Positions 1-10,382 of a stretch of 32,082 nt of DNA are shown one piece after another; position 1 is the first letter of the stretch; every line of letters starts with the position of its first letter. Below the pieces are notes generated by a model. That model had not been told where the DNA came from. It searched no databases and saw nothing but the letters and a program-made list of their open reading frames with translations. Source of the stretch: Octopus bimaculoides. Its lineage: Eukaryota. The stretch covers positions 90,502,935 through 90,535,016 of the forward strand of contig NC_068983.1 in NCBI RefSeq assembly GCF_001194135.2. The letters are read 5' to 3'. The position numbers and the translations under genes are program-made.

Positions 1-215
1 AAAGAAATATAAAAGTTGCTAAAAACAACAGCCAAATCTCCCTTAAATCACACAAAGTAAACGGAATTTTAAAAATCTAATTACTGCACTGGAAAGTTCA
101 CATCGAGAAAATTCCATTGATGTAAAAATTTTTACAAAAAAGTGGAAAATGTGGATTTCCAAACACTTTTAAAAAGGCTTCACACAGACACACAACTTCA
201 GCTTTATATATTAAG

Positions 216-256
<41 letters not shown>
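216..256. repeat. (TA)n/(TG)n compound microsatellite
   Basis: Seen directly. Similar tracts include (TACA)n at about 725-760, (CA)n at about 5155-5182, (TA)n at about 5312-5345 and 23834-23870, (TG)n/(GA)n at about 15767-15830 and (ATT)n at about 30442-30478. Confidence 0.95.
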
Positions 257-260
<4 letters not shown>

Positions 261-261
261 C

Positions 262-450
262 ATGTGTTTGTCCCCCCAACATCGCTTGACAACCAATGCT
301 GGTGTGTTTCCGTCCCCGTTAGTTAGCGGTTCGGCAAAAGAGACCGATAGAATAAGCACTAGGCTTTGAAAGAATAAGTCGTGGGGTCGATTTGCTTGAC
401 TAAAGGTGGTGCTCCAGCATGGCCACAGTCAAATGACTGAAACAAGTAAA
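262..450 (+). mobile_element. SINE-like interspersed repeat, 3' part (copy 1)
   Basis: Its reverse complement aligns by eye with 4043-4305 and 22533-22830 (shared blocks gacttattctttgtaagcct, taaacacaccagcatc, acttgtttcagtcat). It ends in gaaacaagtaaaa. I recognise it as the abundant octopus SINE but did not confirm a family name. Confidence 0.75.
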
Positions 451-1563
451 ATATTAAAAGATTAAATATATATATATATATATATCTATATATATATACA
501 TATACACACAGACACACACACGGGAGCAGTGAAGCAGGCAGGGGAGGGGTGTTCTTTGAGACCAGTGCCAAGTATGCGCGCGTGTGTGTGTGTAATTAAG
601 TCCTTAGCCAGTTAATGTGTTTGGACTACTTTTGAAAGAACTGTGTGTGTTTGTGTGTATTTTTTTGAAACTGAGTGCCCAGCCTTGTGACATTTGTTGT
701 TTTTGTTTCTATTTTTGATTTGCCCATATACATACATACATACATACATACATACATACAAAAATACCCTGTTGTTGATGTTGAAATTCCAATGAAGGGA
801 CCTTGGATCTAGGTTAGAAACTAGTTCTTTCTCTATTTTCTAGAAATTTTGAAATAAACTGAATGACATACATATACTGTGATTACATTGAGTACCACTG
901 ATCTGTTATGCCTACGCTGTTCTTTGATACCAAAGCCAAGAATGTGTATGTATGTATGTATTCTTATTGTTGCTTTTTCTCAGTATTATTTCTTTCATCT
1001 TTCTCGGGAATTCCCAAAGGAATTTTATGACCAGCTCCATATATATGTTTTTATTTTTATATTATTTTTTCTTTATTCTTGTTTTGAAAAGTAAAGTAGT
1101 AAATAAATTAGTAAAGACAGGATTTCTCGCTACATATTTCTGGGTGTTTTTAAACAAGTTTTAGTGCACCATTGTACAGGGTCCATATTGAAAACTACTG
1201 GTCTAAAAAGCACACACGGCCTCTGAAAAATTATTGTTGACCCCCAATTTACTGCATTTCATCTGTTGATCTCCAGAAATTTTGTATGACCCCCCAGTTG
1301 AGAACCTGTGATGTAAAGTATACTGACTAATTTTTACTCTGAAGTATGTAACCTATACTAACCAAATTTTACTCCCAAAGATGATGCAATGGTACAAAAC
1401 GAGAGAAAATAACAAGAAATAAGAGAATGATTCATTTTGACCCAGGTACCAATTTTACCCCACTTCCATATAGTAATTCCAAGTGTTTGACAGAATGATG
1501 AAAAATATATGAAAAAAATAAGAAAAACGGTTCCATTTAATGAAACATTTGAATATATATGAA

Positions 1564-1690
1564 ACTAGAAAAGCACTCGGAGAGCGCAAACCTCTGCCAA
1601 GCAGCTCATTTCCACTCATATACACGCATGTTGAAAATCGCCCAATTTCCCAAACCAACGTCAGTAAAAACATAACAGAAATACTATTTT
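1564..1690 (+). mobile_element. Helentron/HINE-like 5' terminus fragment
   Basis: ACTAGAAAAGCACTCGGAGAGCGCAAACCTCTGCCAAG carries the subterminal motif CCTC(C/T)GCCAAG. It shares a 21-bp block (1591-1611) with 2529-2549. Confidence 0.45.
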
Positions 1691-2120
1691 ATCCTCCTCC
1701 CATACTTATCTTGACCACCGTCATCATCAACACTGTCTCTGCTTTCACCACAATCACCATCAAAACTACAATCACCACAATCAGTTTCTTTACACAGTTG
1801 AAAATCCATTATCCATTATCCCATACTCATGGGACTGAGATTGTTGCAAACTTTTGATTTTTCTAATTTCAGATTGCTTTATCAAAACCAGGTCTAAACA
1901 AAATAGCTTAAAGACATACTCTGAATGTAGTCCTATATAAATCTTTAATAATTTTTTTTATACTTAAGACCATCAGAAATGCTAAGATATCAGCCTCTAC
2001 CAACACTGTTGTGTTTTGATTAAAAGGTTACTGCATGGATTAGATTATTTAGATAAGTTTTGGCCAAAGTTGACTCAGCCCATGTCTAATTTAATAGCAC
2101 CACCTGGAAGAGTTACACAG

Positions 2121-2519
2121 TCAGCTCTGGGGAACCGTAGCCCATTCAAGCAGAGGGTTATTGTTTCCAGAGACATATCTGGGTGTAGGTGGTTTATCTG
2201 GTATTTGTTGGGGGTAATCATCTAGAGATCATTTGAATGCCGTGAAGTCACTTTTCTCCTTTTTATGTGTGTCTGGCACGATGTTGAAGAGAGCAGGGCC
2301 AATTGAGGTGAAATAGTTCTGTCATAGTGTTGTGATACGACACGAACATTTCTGTAGTGGACGGATGGCATGGGGGCCTCGGACGAATTTTAAAGACGGG
2401 CAATGTTGAGGGAATATTTTCCACATCATACAGATGATATAGAGCTCACAGTGGCAGTGAAGGGAGAAAAGCCTGATCTTTTTGAGTTGATCCCAATAGT
2501 CAAGGCTTGTCCTGTCATC
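2121..2519 (-). mobile_element. CR1-clade LINE ORF2 C-terminal remnant
   Basis: One minus-strand frame with two internal stops reads LDYWDQLKKIRLFSL..YIICMMWKI..YFTSIGPALFNIVP..AFK*SLD..IPDKPPTPRYVSGNNNPLLEW. This matches the LxYxxRLKxLxLxSL / GPxLFNxLP / IPDxP pattern of CR1/L2-type ORF2 ends. Confidence 0.7.
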
Positions 2520-2522
2520 CTC

Positions 2523-2900
2523 CGCAGGCCTCCGCCAAGCAGCTCATTTTAAGATAGATATGTGAGTAAAATTACTAATAGAGAAACGAAAATAAACTTT
2601 AGAAACAGCAACGCCACCATAGGGTACGTAGAAACGATGAACGTGTTTTCAAGGAAGATAATCAAAGAAAATAACATTGTAATACTTCATGTAAAGTAAA
2701 TATAACAAATGAAAAATCCTTCAAGAATCCATAATAATTCCCAGATCACTACCAAAATTTCATCATCTGTTCTTTGTGTCATTACCAACTTTTCCTGCTA
2801 GTTTCATCAAATACCGTTCACAATTTTTTGAGTTATTTTGCACACAGATGGACAAGCCAACACCAATGGAAACATAACCTCCTTCCTTGGCGGAGGTAAT
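2523..2900 (+). mobile_element. Helentron/HINE-like non-autonomous element
   Basis: Subterminal inverted pair CCTCCGCCAAG (2529-2539) and CTTGGCGGAGG (2886-2896). A 3' hairpin ACCTCC..GGAGGT (2877-2897) is preceded by AAACATA. The 5' end abuts the CR1 remnant. Confidence 0.55.
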
Positions 2901-4042
2901 AATTCTAAAACTGAAAAAGAATGCTTTTAACTGTTGAGAGATGTAATTTTATGTATGTGTGTATATATATGTGTGCCTTTAACTGCTGTTGGTCAAGCGA
3001 AGGTCAAGCTCAGTCATATGTTGAAAGAAGGAATTTAGCCTAGAGACAAATAACATTTTTCTATCAATCTCTTTACTTAAACACACAAACACTCACAGAT
3101 ACATACATTGTCAGAAGTGTACTGTTGTTTTCATTTTCTCTGTTGTAGCTACAATTCTTTTGGGTGGGACTGGATCTAAACTGTTTTTTAATTGAATTAT
3201 TTGGTGTCTCTAAGGTGGCAAAATCTATTTTTATTTATCATAAAAGGAGGATCCATTACATTTTGTAAGAAGTCAAGACACCTTTATATATTGAAAGAGG
3301 GCCTCTTCATGCCTGAATTCTTGGAGGTGGGAAGACCCACCTTGTATTAAGTACTACATACTCTTCTTAACAGGGGGCCCCCTATATCTATATGCCTAGG
3401 TCCCCTCTGCTCCCCTATAAATTCCCTTCATTCTCTTCACTTTCCCTCCTCTTTTACCTCACTCTGTCTCTTTCCTTCCTTTTTCTCGTCCCTCCCTAAT
3501 TCTTCAATCCCTCTGCCCCCTACTTCTCTCCTCTCCTTCCATGTGACCGGTGTTCTGCCAAGCCTGACCTTTCTTTCTAGGTTTGACTACCATCTGTGTA
3601 GCATCTCTTATATTCCTTCCCATGACTTTCATCTCTTATGTTCCTGCTGTAAGGCTTTACTTCCACATATGTCATCTTAATTCAATTTGTCCTTAGTCGA
3701 AAAACACCTGTTGTTAATGTGCTGTTGTTTGTATTTGTAATTGTGTACCATTTCTCTGATTTTGTTGTCCTTGTTTTCATAAACATTCGCTTGCTTTCTT
3801 CCAAAGAATCTAGTGCTCTTAGTTTAGATTTTCTTGGGGTCAGCCAGATTGGAGCAGTCTCGAGTGTAACTGGCTGAAACTGCAACTATGATCTGGAACT
3901 CGACTGACAACAGAAAGCTCTGAATGGACCCATCCTTTTTTTATATCGTCTAACTGTCCAGATGTTTTGTTGTTGCCTGTTACATTCTTGTTCCATTTTT
4001 TTTTGTTTTGTTTATATATATATATATATATATATATATTTC

Positions 4043-4305
4043 TCTTTTACTCTGTTACTTTTTTCAGTCATTTTAGTGTGGCAATGCTGGAGTACTGCCT
4101 CTTAGTTGATGAAATCAACCTCTGGACTTATTCTTTGTAAGCCTGGTGCTTATTCTATTGATGTCTTCTGCTGAACCACTAAGTTATGGGGGATGTAAAC
4201 ACACCAGCATCAGTTTCTAAGCGATGGTGGGGGTGGGGGAATAAACACATACACACATACACATATAGGACAGACTTCTTTCAGTTTCTGTCAACAAATC
4301 CACTG
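4043..4305 (-). mobile_element. SINE-like repeat (copy 2)
   Basis: Diverged reverse-complement homolog of 262-450, extending into ttctttcagtttctgtcaacaaatccact, which is also present in copy 3. Confidence 0.7.
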
Positions 4306-4315
4306 ATGCTCACCT

Positions 4316-4529
4316 CTTCCTTCCTTCCTTATTCATCTATCACCCCTTCCTTTCTCATTCATAAACACAAGTGTATTATTATAGTAGATTATCTCAATAA
4401 CCATGGGAGCTATGAAAAAAATATGACATTACTCCTTCCTTCCTTCCATCTATCACCCCTTCCTTTCTCATTCATTAACACAAGAGTATTATTATAGTAG
4501 ATTATCTCTGTAACCATGGGAGCTATGAA
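4316..4529. repeat. Two-copy tandem duplication, period about 113 bp
   Basis: catctatcaccc..cttcctttctcattcat..aacacaag..tattattatagtagattatctc..taaccatgggagctatgaa starts at 4334 and again at 4447. Confidence 0.9.
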
Positions 4530-4669
4530 TAAATACAAAGCCCAGCATCACCACCAGATCATTCTACACATGTGTGTAATTTTTCATGCAATTCCACTCA
4601 GTTGTTTGGCCGTGAATCCCAAGACAAGAAACAATTGCCCAAGTCAAATTTATATGTATAGATATATAT

Positions 4670-5152
4670 ATATGCATATATGGGTAGAGGATGTCACAAA
4701 ACATAAACATGAAATTCAAAGGCAATCTTGGGTATGCAAACAACGAGAGAAACAAATGGAAAACAAGACATGTAACATAAAGAACGACCCTTCATCAGTT
4801 GTCGGCTGTTCATCTACTCCACATTTTGAGCTATTAACAACAATACGAGGCTTTGAAAAACAGTTACTCCCACAAACCAAAATAAATTTTGGGATTTGCA
4901 GAGGGTCAAAGTTGGTAACAAAAACAGGATAGTGGAGACATACAACAAACCAAATGAAAACAAACATGGAGGGCTGTTAGGCTAGATGAGGTAAGGTAGC
5001 AAATGCTGGAGGAATATTCTTTGACAAGAGAAAAGATAGAAGGGACAGATAAGAATGCATCTGGTCAGTGCGAAAGCCTGAAGGAAAAGAAAGATGATCA
5101 TGTGAGGAAAAGAAAGATGGACGATGGTCATGTGTGAGCAATGAAAGAGAGA

Positions 5153-5186
<34 letters not shown>

Positions 5187-5309
5187 TAGAAAATGGTGAA
5201 GAGGGAAAAAAGAATTAGAGAAAGGAAGAGAGAGAACAGTACAGAGTAGAGTCGCATCAAAATTATTAAGATAAACTTGCTTGGAAATGGATGCGTGGCA
5301 TTCAATCAT

Positions 5310-5349
<40 letters not shown>

Positions 5350-5585
5350 TATATACATACATACATATATGTACATACTTATACATGTATATATATATAT
5401 GCATATATGGGTACAGGATGTCACAAAACGTAAACAACATGAAATACGAAGGCAATCCTGGGTATGCAAACAAAGAGAGAAACAAATGGAAAACAAGACA
5501 AGTAACATAAAGAACGACCCTTCATCTACTCCAAATTTCGAGCAATTAACATCAATATGAGGCTTCGAAAAATGGTTGCTCTCGC
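4670..5585. repeat. Two diverged direct copies of an interspersed repeat (about 4670-4875 and 5397-5585)
   Basis: Both copies share gcatatatgggta..ggatgtcacaaaac..gagagaaacaaatggaaaacaagaca..taacataaagaacgacccttcatc, offset about 727 bp. A Penelope terminal origin is possible but is inference only. Confidence 0.8.
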
Positions 5586-5592
5586 AAACTAA

Positions 5593-5679
5593 TATGTTGA
5601 TGACACCTTCATATTCTGGCCCTAAGAGGAAGATGTCCAAGTACTGCTGGATCATGTGAACTTAATAAGACCAGAAATA
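5593..5679 (+). mobile_element. Penelope-like RT fragment (YVDD motif)
   Basis: Reads YVDDTFIFWP*EEDVQVLLDHVNLIRPEI, matching the Penelope-type RT pattern RYVDDTFxxWP..LLxHxNxxxPxI. Confidence 0.65.
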
Positions 5680-5804
5680 ACTAGAAATTTAAAACTGAAA
5701 ATTCAGAAAGCCAAGGTGTGATCTTGTCTATCCAAGGAATATTGTTCTTCAGGAATTTTACAGTGGATACTCATTATGAACATTTGTAGCTTTTGCACAC
5801 AATA

Positions 5805-7277
5805 CAGTGAACTGTAAAAGAAATGTGATTTTTTCAAATGTCATTTTTATATGGTACATTCTGAAAATTTATTTCGAGGATGTAAGTGTAAATATTCCAA
5901 ATATAGCTGAGACCTAAATTACAGGTAACCTTTTAACTTTCCCTGAAATGAGATCCAAAACACAGCTGCACTGAATACCTTGGGTGGCAGTTGCAAATAA
6001 TTGTCATGAAAACCAAAATGCACATGCATCTCATGGAAGTTATGGGTATAAAAATCAACTTGAACTGTGTTCCTGGCATTCGTAATTTGGATGCATCAGG
6101 TACGACCCAATTGTCAGCAGCACAGAGAGAACAAGCTATCAGCTGATTGCAAGCAGGGAAGCATGCCCTGGTTGCTGTAAAAGTTTACAATGTCCATGTC
6201 AGCACCATCTATCGCCTGCAACAGCGATACAACAATACCAACAGCACTGCAGACCATGCCCGCAGAGGGCGTCCCTAGGTGACCACACCCAAGCAGGACT
6301 GCTTCATCCACTTGCAACACCTCCATGATTGCTTCAGATCGACCAGCATGACAGCTCACAAGACCATTGGCATTGGACAGTGACCCATTAGTGATGATAT
6401 GGTACAACACTGACTGGCTGCCAACAACCTGCGTTGCTGTCATCCTGCTCGAGGGCTTGTCCTCACCACTTGCCACCATCAGGCACGACTACAGTGGGCT
6501 ACATAGCACTGATATTGGTGGCATCAACAATGGAGGTCGATAATCTTCTCTGATGAGAGCCAGTACTGTGTTTCCACCTTGGATGGCAGAGTGAGGGTGA
6601 GGTGTAGGAAGGGTGAACGCTACAGCGGCACATGTGTTATGGAGAGAGACACGTGGGGTGGCCTAAGCATCATGGTTTGGGGTGCTATAGGCCTGAATCA
6701 GAGAATTGGACCCCATGTGTTTCAAAATGTTGGTGTGTGGTGAAGGAATGGCGTCACAGCACAGTGCTACATTGATCAGATTCTAAGATCTCACATTGTG
6801 CCCTTCTTTGTATTCCAGCAGGACAATACTCCCTCCCAGCGTCACCATAGACTTCCTGTGTCAGCACAACATCAGAACCATGCCGTAGTCGGTTCTCAGC
6901 CCGGATTTGAGCCCAATTCGAGCCCTGTGAGATGAAATCCAGAGATGGCTGAACCAGGTGGTCCCAAGGCCAACAACTCATGTGAAACTGGAGGGAGCTT
7001 TCCTCAGGGTGTGGGCACAGGTACCAATGGCTTTTTTGAACCGCCTCACGCACTCCATGTACCGATAGTGTATGACCATTTTGAACACCCAGGGAGGACA
7101 TACACGGTATTGAACATGTCACGCCCCACAATCTCGATGTGCTAGATCTGCCCACTACCAAAACACATGAAAGTGCATCCAAGAAATTGACTTTATCGAA
7201 ATTTATCTCTGATATAATGAAATTAAAACATATTTCAGTCACACACATCTCGCGTTTCTTTTGCGGTTCACAAAATG
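5805..7277 (+). mobile_element. Tc1-family DNA transposon, decayed
   Basis: Left TIR TA|CAGTGAACTGTAAAAGAAATGTGA (5805-5828) pairs with right TCGCGTTTCTTTTGCGGTTCAC (7250-7271); most differences are CpG decay. An internal transposase pseudogene is present. Confidence 0.85.
6102..7113 (+). pseudogene. Tc1 (DD34E-type) transposase pseudogene
   Basis: Reads LSAAQREQAI..VHVSTIYRL..RGRP*VTT (HTH), IIFSDES (about 6540-6560), IMVWGAIG, FQQDN (about 6813-6827), SPDLSPI and GGHTRY* (ends 7113). It has several stops and frameshifts. Confidence 0.85.
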
Positions 7278-7430
7278 TAATTATCACAAAGTTTAGTAAA
7301 ACACCCATCGTCATTATTGATGGATTAGGTATACTTTGAAAGTTGAAAGAAAGGAATTAGTACAAATGTGTTTAAAGACTTTTTATCGTTTGTACGGGAG
7401 TATAATCTTTTTCAGAGTTGCCTCCCGTGA

Positions 7431-7444
7431 GTAGCCATGGCAAC
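7431..7444. promoter_or_regulatory. RFX X-box in the DAW1 proximal promoter
   Basis: GTAGCCATGGCAAC matches 13/14 of the palindromic X-box GTTGCCATGGCAAC and ends 105 bp before the DAW1 ATG. GTTGCC half-sites flank it at about 7417 and 7462. RFX control of ciliary genes is established knowledge. Confidence 0.75.
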
Positions 7445-7549
7445 TGGTACCAACAAAGCAAGTTGCCACTTGACAAAATTTCTGTAGAAACGTTGAAGTT
7501 AAAATTCTTTTAAAGTTTGTTTTGTATCTGCTTTGCGTCTGAGACAAAA

Positions 7550-7589
7550 ATGAAGCTGAAAAGGTTCCTAGTACGATACTACCCACCAG
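7550..7589 (+). CDS. DAW1: DAW1 (WDR69/ODA16) coding exon 1, [14 protein letters not shown]
   Basis: ATG at 7550 reads [14 protein letters not shown] and ends at CAG|GTATCC (GT at 7590-7591). It matches the N-terminus I recall for vertebrate DAW1 ([21 protein letters not shown]). It splices in phase 1 to the exon at 15625. Confidence 0.93.
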
Positions 7590-8939
7590 GTATCCTATTT
7601 CACTTGTCACCGATAATTTTAGCTTAGCGATCTTTTTGCTTTGTTAACTTATTCTTTTATATCTTTGAAATATGTTCGTTAAAAATATTACGGCCAAAAT
7701 TATTTCTTAACGTATTACATTATCGATAATAGAAATCTTAGACGTAAGGGGACACGAAAACAATAGATAGAGGTACATAAATATTTATGGTTGAGGAATC
7801 CTTGTTAGTTTACATTTTTAAAAATATTTTAAATGAGATCTTAGATAACCTTCATTAATAATTTGGATATCCTTCGGAGTTGGTATCACAAAATTGATTT
7901 CCTTAAAAATTCTTTTTTTTCTCTCCAATTTGCAATGATACACAAGGTCTCGCGCACGCATACACACACACTATCTTTTTGTTTGTTTTCATGAATCACT
8001 TATATATTTTTTATGTATGTGTTTATGTGTATGTATGTATGTATGTATCTATGAATATTTGTGTAAGTAATGATGTGTTTATGTGCATGTATGTGTATTT
8101 GTGTATTCATGTATAGGTCCGTGTGCGAAAAATTTTATACGGAAATTGCCGAACAAATACATAAAACAACGATCTTTAGCTTAAGTTTTGGGATCCCGTC
8201 TCTGAGGGATAGCTAATAATTTTTATGGTCTTTATTAAATTGTCTCATTAAAAAACATAATAACATAATTCAAAAATTGTTCACTGTCATCAGAATATGG
8301 CAATCTAAGTATATAATCGGGATCCTTTCTAATCTGGTGTTGTTATTGACTTGTTTCAGAAACATTTTAGAAAAATATTCGAGGGTTAAAGTCTGATTAT
8401 TTTTACCCAATCAAAACAGGATTTGGAAGCTAGCACTTTGTCCGTAATGACAACAGTACGATGACATACCTTTCAGCGATGGAAGTTTTGATAAGTTTTA
8501 ATAAATAAAGTCAAGTGAATTGTTGGAACAGACATGTAAACAATATATAAAATGAAAAATCCTCAATGAATACATTCTTTGTAGCGAATATTCAAAAACG
8601 AAAGTTTGCAATAGAGTCTAGAAGTTTATCAAACTAATGACTATTTTTGTATCTCCTGCGCCATATAAACACGCAGAAATAGAGTCAGCCATAGAACTGT
8701 GGGTTCTACAGCTCGTTTATATTCCCTCGTTATATTCCAGAGGCGAATGTGCTTTCCAATTGTTCGCTTGTGGTATCATCTTTCGAGTTAAGGAACTCAA
8801 CATTGTGGTTCACTGTTCTCCTCAGTTTTCAGTTTCTCTATCATTTTCGAAAGGTTAAACGAATTAACTGTGATCGTACTTCTATTTAAGTTGAAAACGT
8901 TCAAGAAAATACACTGTTCAAATTTATGAAAGGAGGTAG

Positions 8940-9581
8940 GGATCTATTTTAAAACGGGGGCGCCAGTTTTCATTTATGTTTTATGCAGTGTTTTGGGTAC
9001 GGAAAGACTTTCAAACTTCGTATACTTATCTATTTTGTGTTATAGAACAGATAAATATTTTTGTATTCGAATTTATTTCATGTAAAAAATTGTCTTATTT
9101 CGATAATTTCTACTAATCACTGACGTCTATTCAGTTGAAAACAGTTAGCGCTGTAACGGTGTATATCGTATTAATCCCCTAACCCTAACCCTAACCCTAA
9201 CTAGACTGTTAACCGTAACCGTAACCCTAACCCTAAAACTAACCCTAACTCTAGAATCCGAGCTCTAAAATTGTTACACACATAGATACGCACAGCGTAA
9301 TTTATTATATAAACAATATATGCGTATAAATTACGATTAAACCGGATGAAATATGTCACAGGGAATAACATTTTTATGACCGCCCAGCAGAAACTCTATT
9401 GAGCTGAATAGACGTCAGTGATTGGTTGAAATTATGAAATACGACAACTTTAACATGGAATAACTTGCAAATTCCTTTTTTTGTTAAGAAGACTAAGAGT
9501 AAAAGATGTTTTATATGACACATTCTACCAGTGTCCCAAGTTTCAAAGAAAATACTGGCGCCCCCATTTTAAAATAGATCC
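8940..9581. mobile_element. 642-bp MITE with long imperfect TIRs, 8-bp TSD and internal (CCCTAA)n
   Basis: Terminal 28 bp match 27/28 (8940-8967 vs 9554-9581). A perfect 20-bp inner inverted pair lies at 9115-9134 / 9404-9423. TSD GGAGGTAG is at 8932-8939 and 9582-9589. Confidence 0.9.
9177..9250. repeat. Interstitial telomere-like (CCCTAA)n tract inside the MITE
   Basis: ccctaaccctaaccctaaccctaa..aaccgtaaccgtaaccctaaccctaa..aaccctaa, i.e. TTAGGG units with variants on the minus strand. Confidence 0.85.
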
Positions 9582-10382
9582 GGAGGTAGTTTACAGGGCA
9601 GCAACCAAAAATATCCATTTCTCAAAATAAATAAATAAATCAATAAAACAAAATAAGGTAAAAAAAAAAAAAAAACACACAAGCGAAGCAGACCTTGGTT
9701 TGTTACTATGGAAACTGGCATCAATATGTTGGCTTTTGATTGGCTAAAATTACCCAAAATTTGCAAACTTTGAAAGCTATTAACTTTTATTAATTTGTGG
9801 CAAAAATGAATTTCATTTCCATAATAACCATCTGAAACTACATCAATACACCAAATTTTAAATTAGTGGGAACAAAATTTAACCCTCTAGAACCTGCTCA
9901 TACATCCAGCAACGCAAATATTATTTTCAGTGTAAATTTGATATTTAAATGGATTAAAAAACAAAAAGTTGATTCTCTTCAAAATCATTAGTAGGTTATG
10001 AAATATAATATGGTCCAAATTTGGCACAACAGGCCATTAAAGAAATCTCACCGAATGGTCCAAATTTGGTCTTTGCATCTCAGTAAACGTTTCAAAGAGT
10101 TAAAATTTCATCTAGCACTATTAAACAACAAAACTGTTATTTACAAACTATTTAACACAATGTTAGTCAAACTGAGTTGATTCGCTGATGTCACTTGAAA
10201 ACATGGGGCTTTACTACAGATGATTTTGCCAGGAATGGTGTCACAGTGCATGATGAAGGGTGTCTGACTTTCTTGATGGATAGCAGTGCTTCAGCAATCA
10301 TCCCTTGGAAAACACTGAGTTTCATTGGGTGTAAATCCAACAACCTGGCATGACGTTTATACTAACGCCAGCTGTTAGTAAC

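Noticed and set aside
689-940. Familiar-looking octopus interspersed repeat around a (TACA)n tract
   Set aside because: No second copy or structural hallmark in the window to support it.
1175-1310. hAT/Charlie-like terminal fragments (ttgaaaactactggtcta; gacccccagttgagaacc)
   Set aside because: No matched TIR pair or TSD could be defined.
3300-3950. Repeat-like segment with protein-like minus-strand text (TRDCSNL..NKIREMVHNYKY)
   Set aside because: Single copy in the window with no diagnostic motif. It is probably an interspersed repeat but I cannot classify it.
4788-4798. CUGAUGA hammerhead half-core on the minus strand (cccttcatcag)
   Set aside because: No complementary stem II partner or GAAA follows it, so it is not a supportable ribozyme.
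7383-7610. Minus-strand 75-aa ORF overlapping the DAW1 start (possible divergent gene)
   Set aside because: No recognisable motif or splice structure; explained as the antisense of exon 1 and the promoter.
9177-9250. True telomere or chromosome-fusion scar
   Set aside because: The tract is short, degenerate, in one orientation only, and enclosed by MITE TIRs with a TSD.
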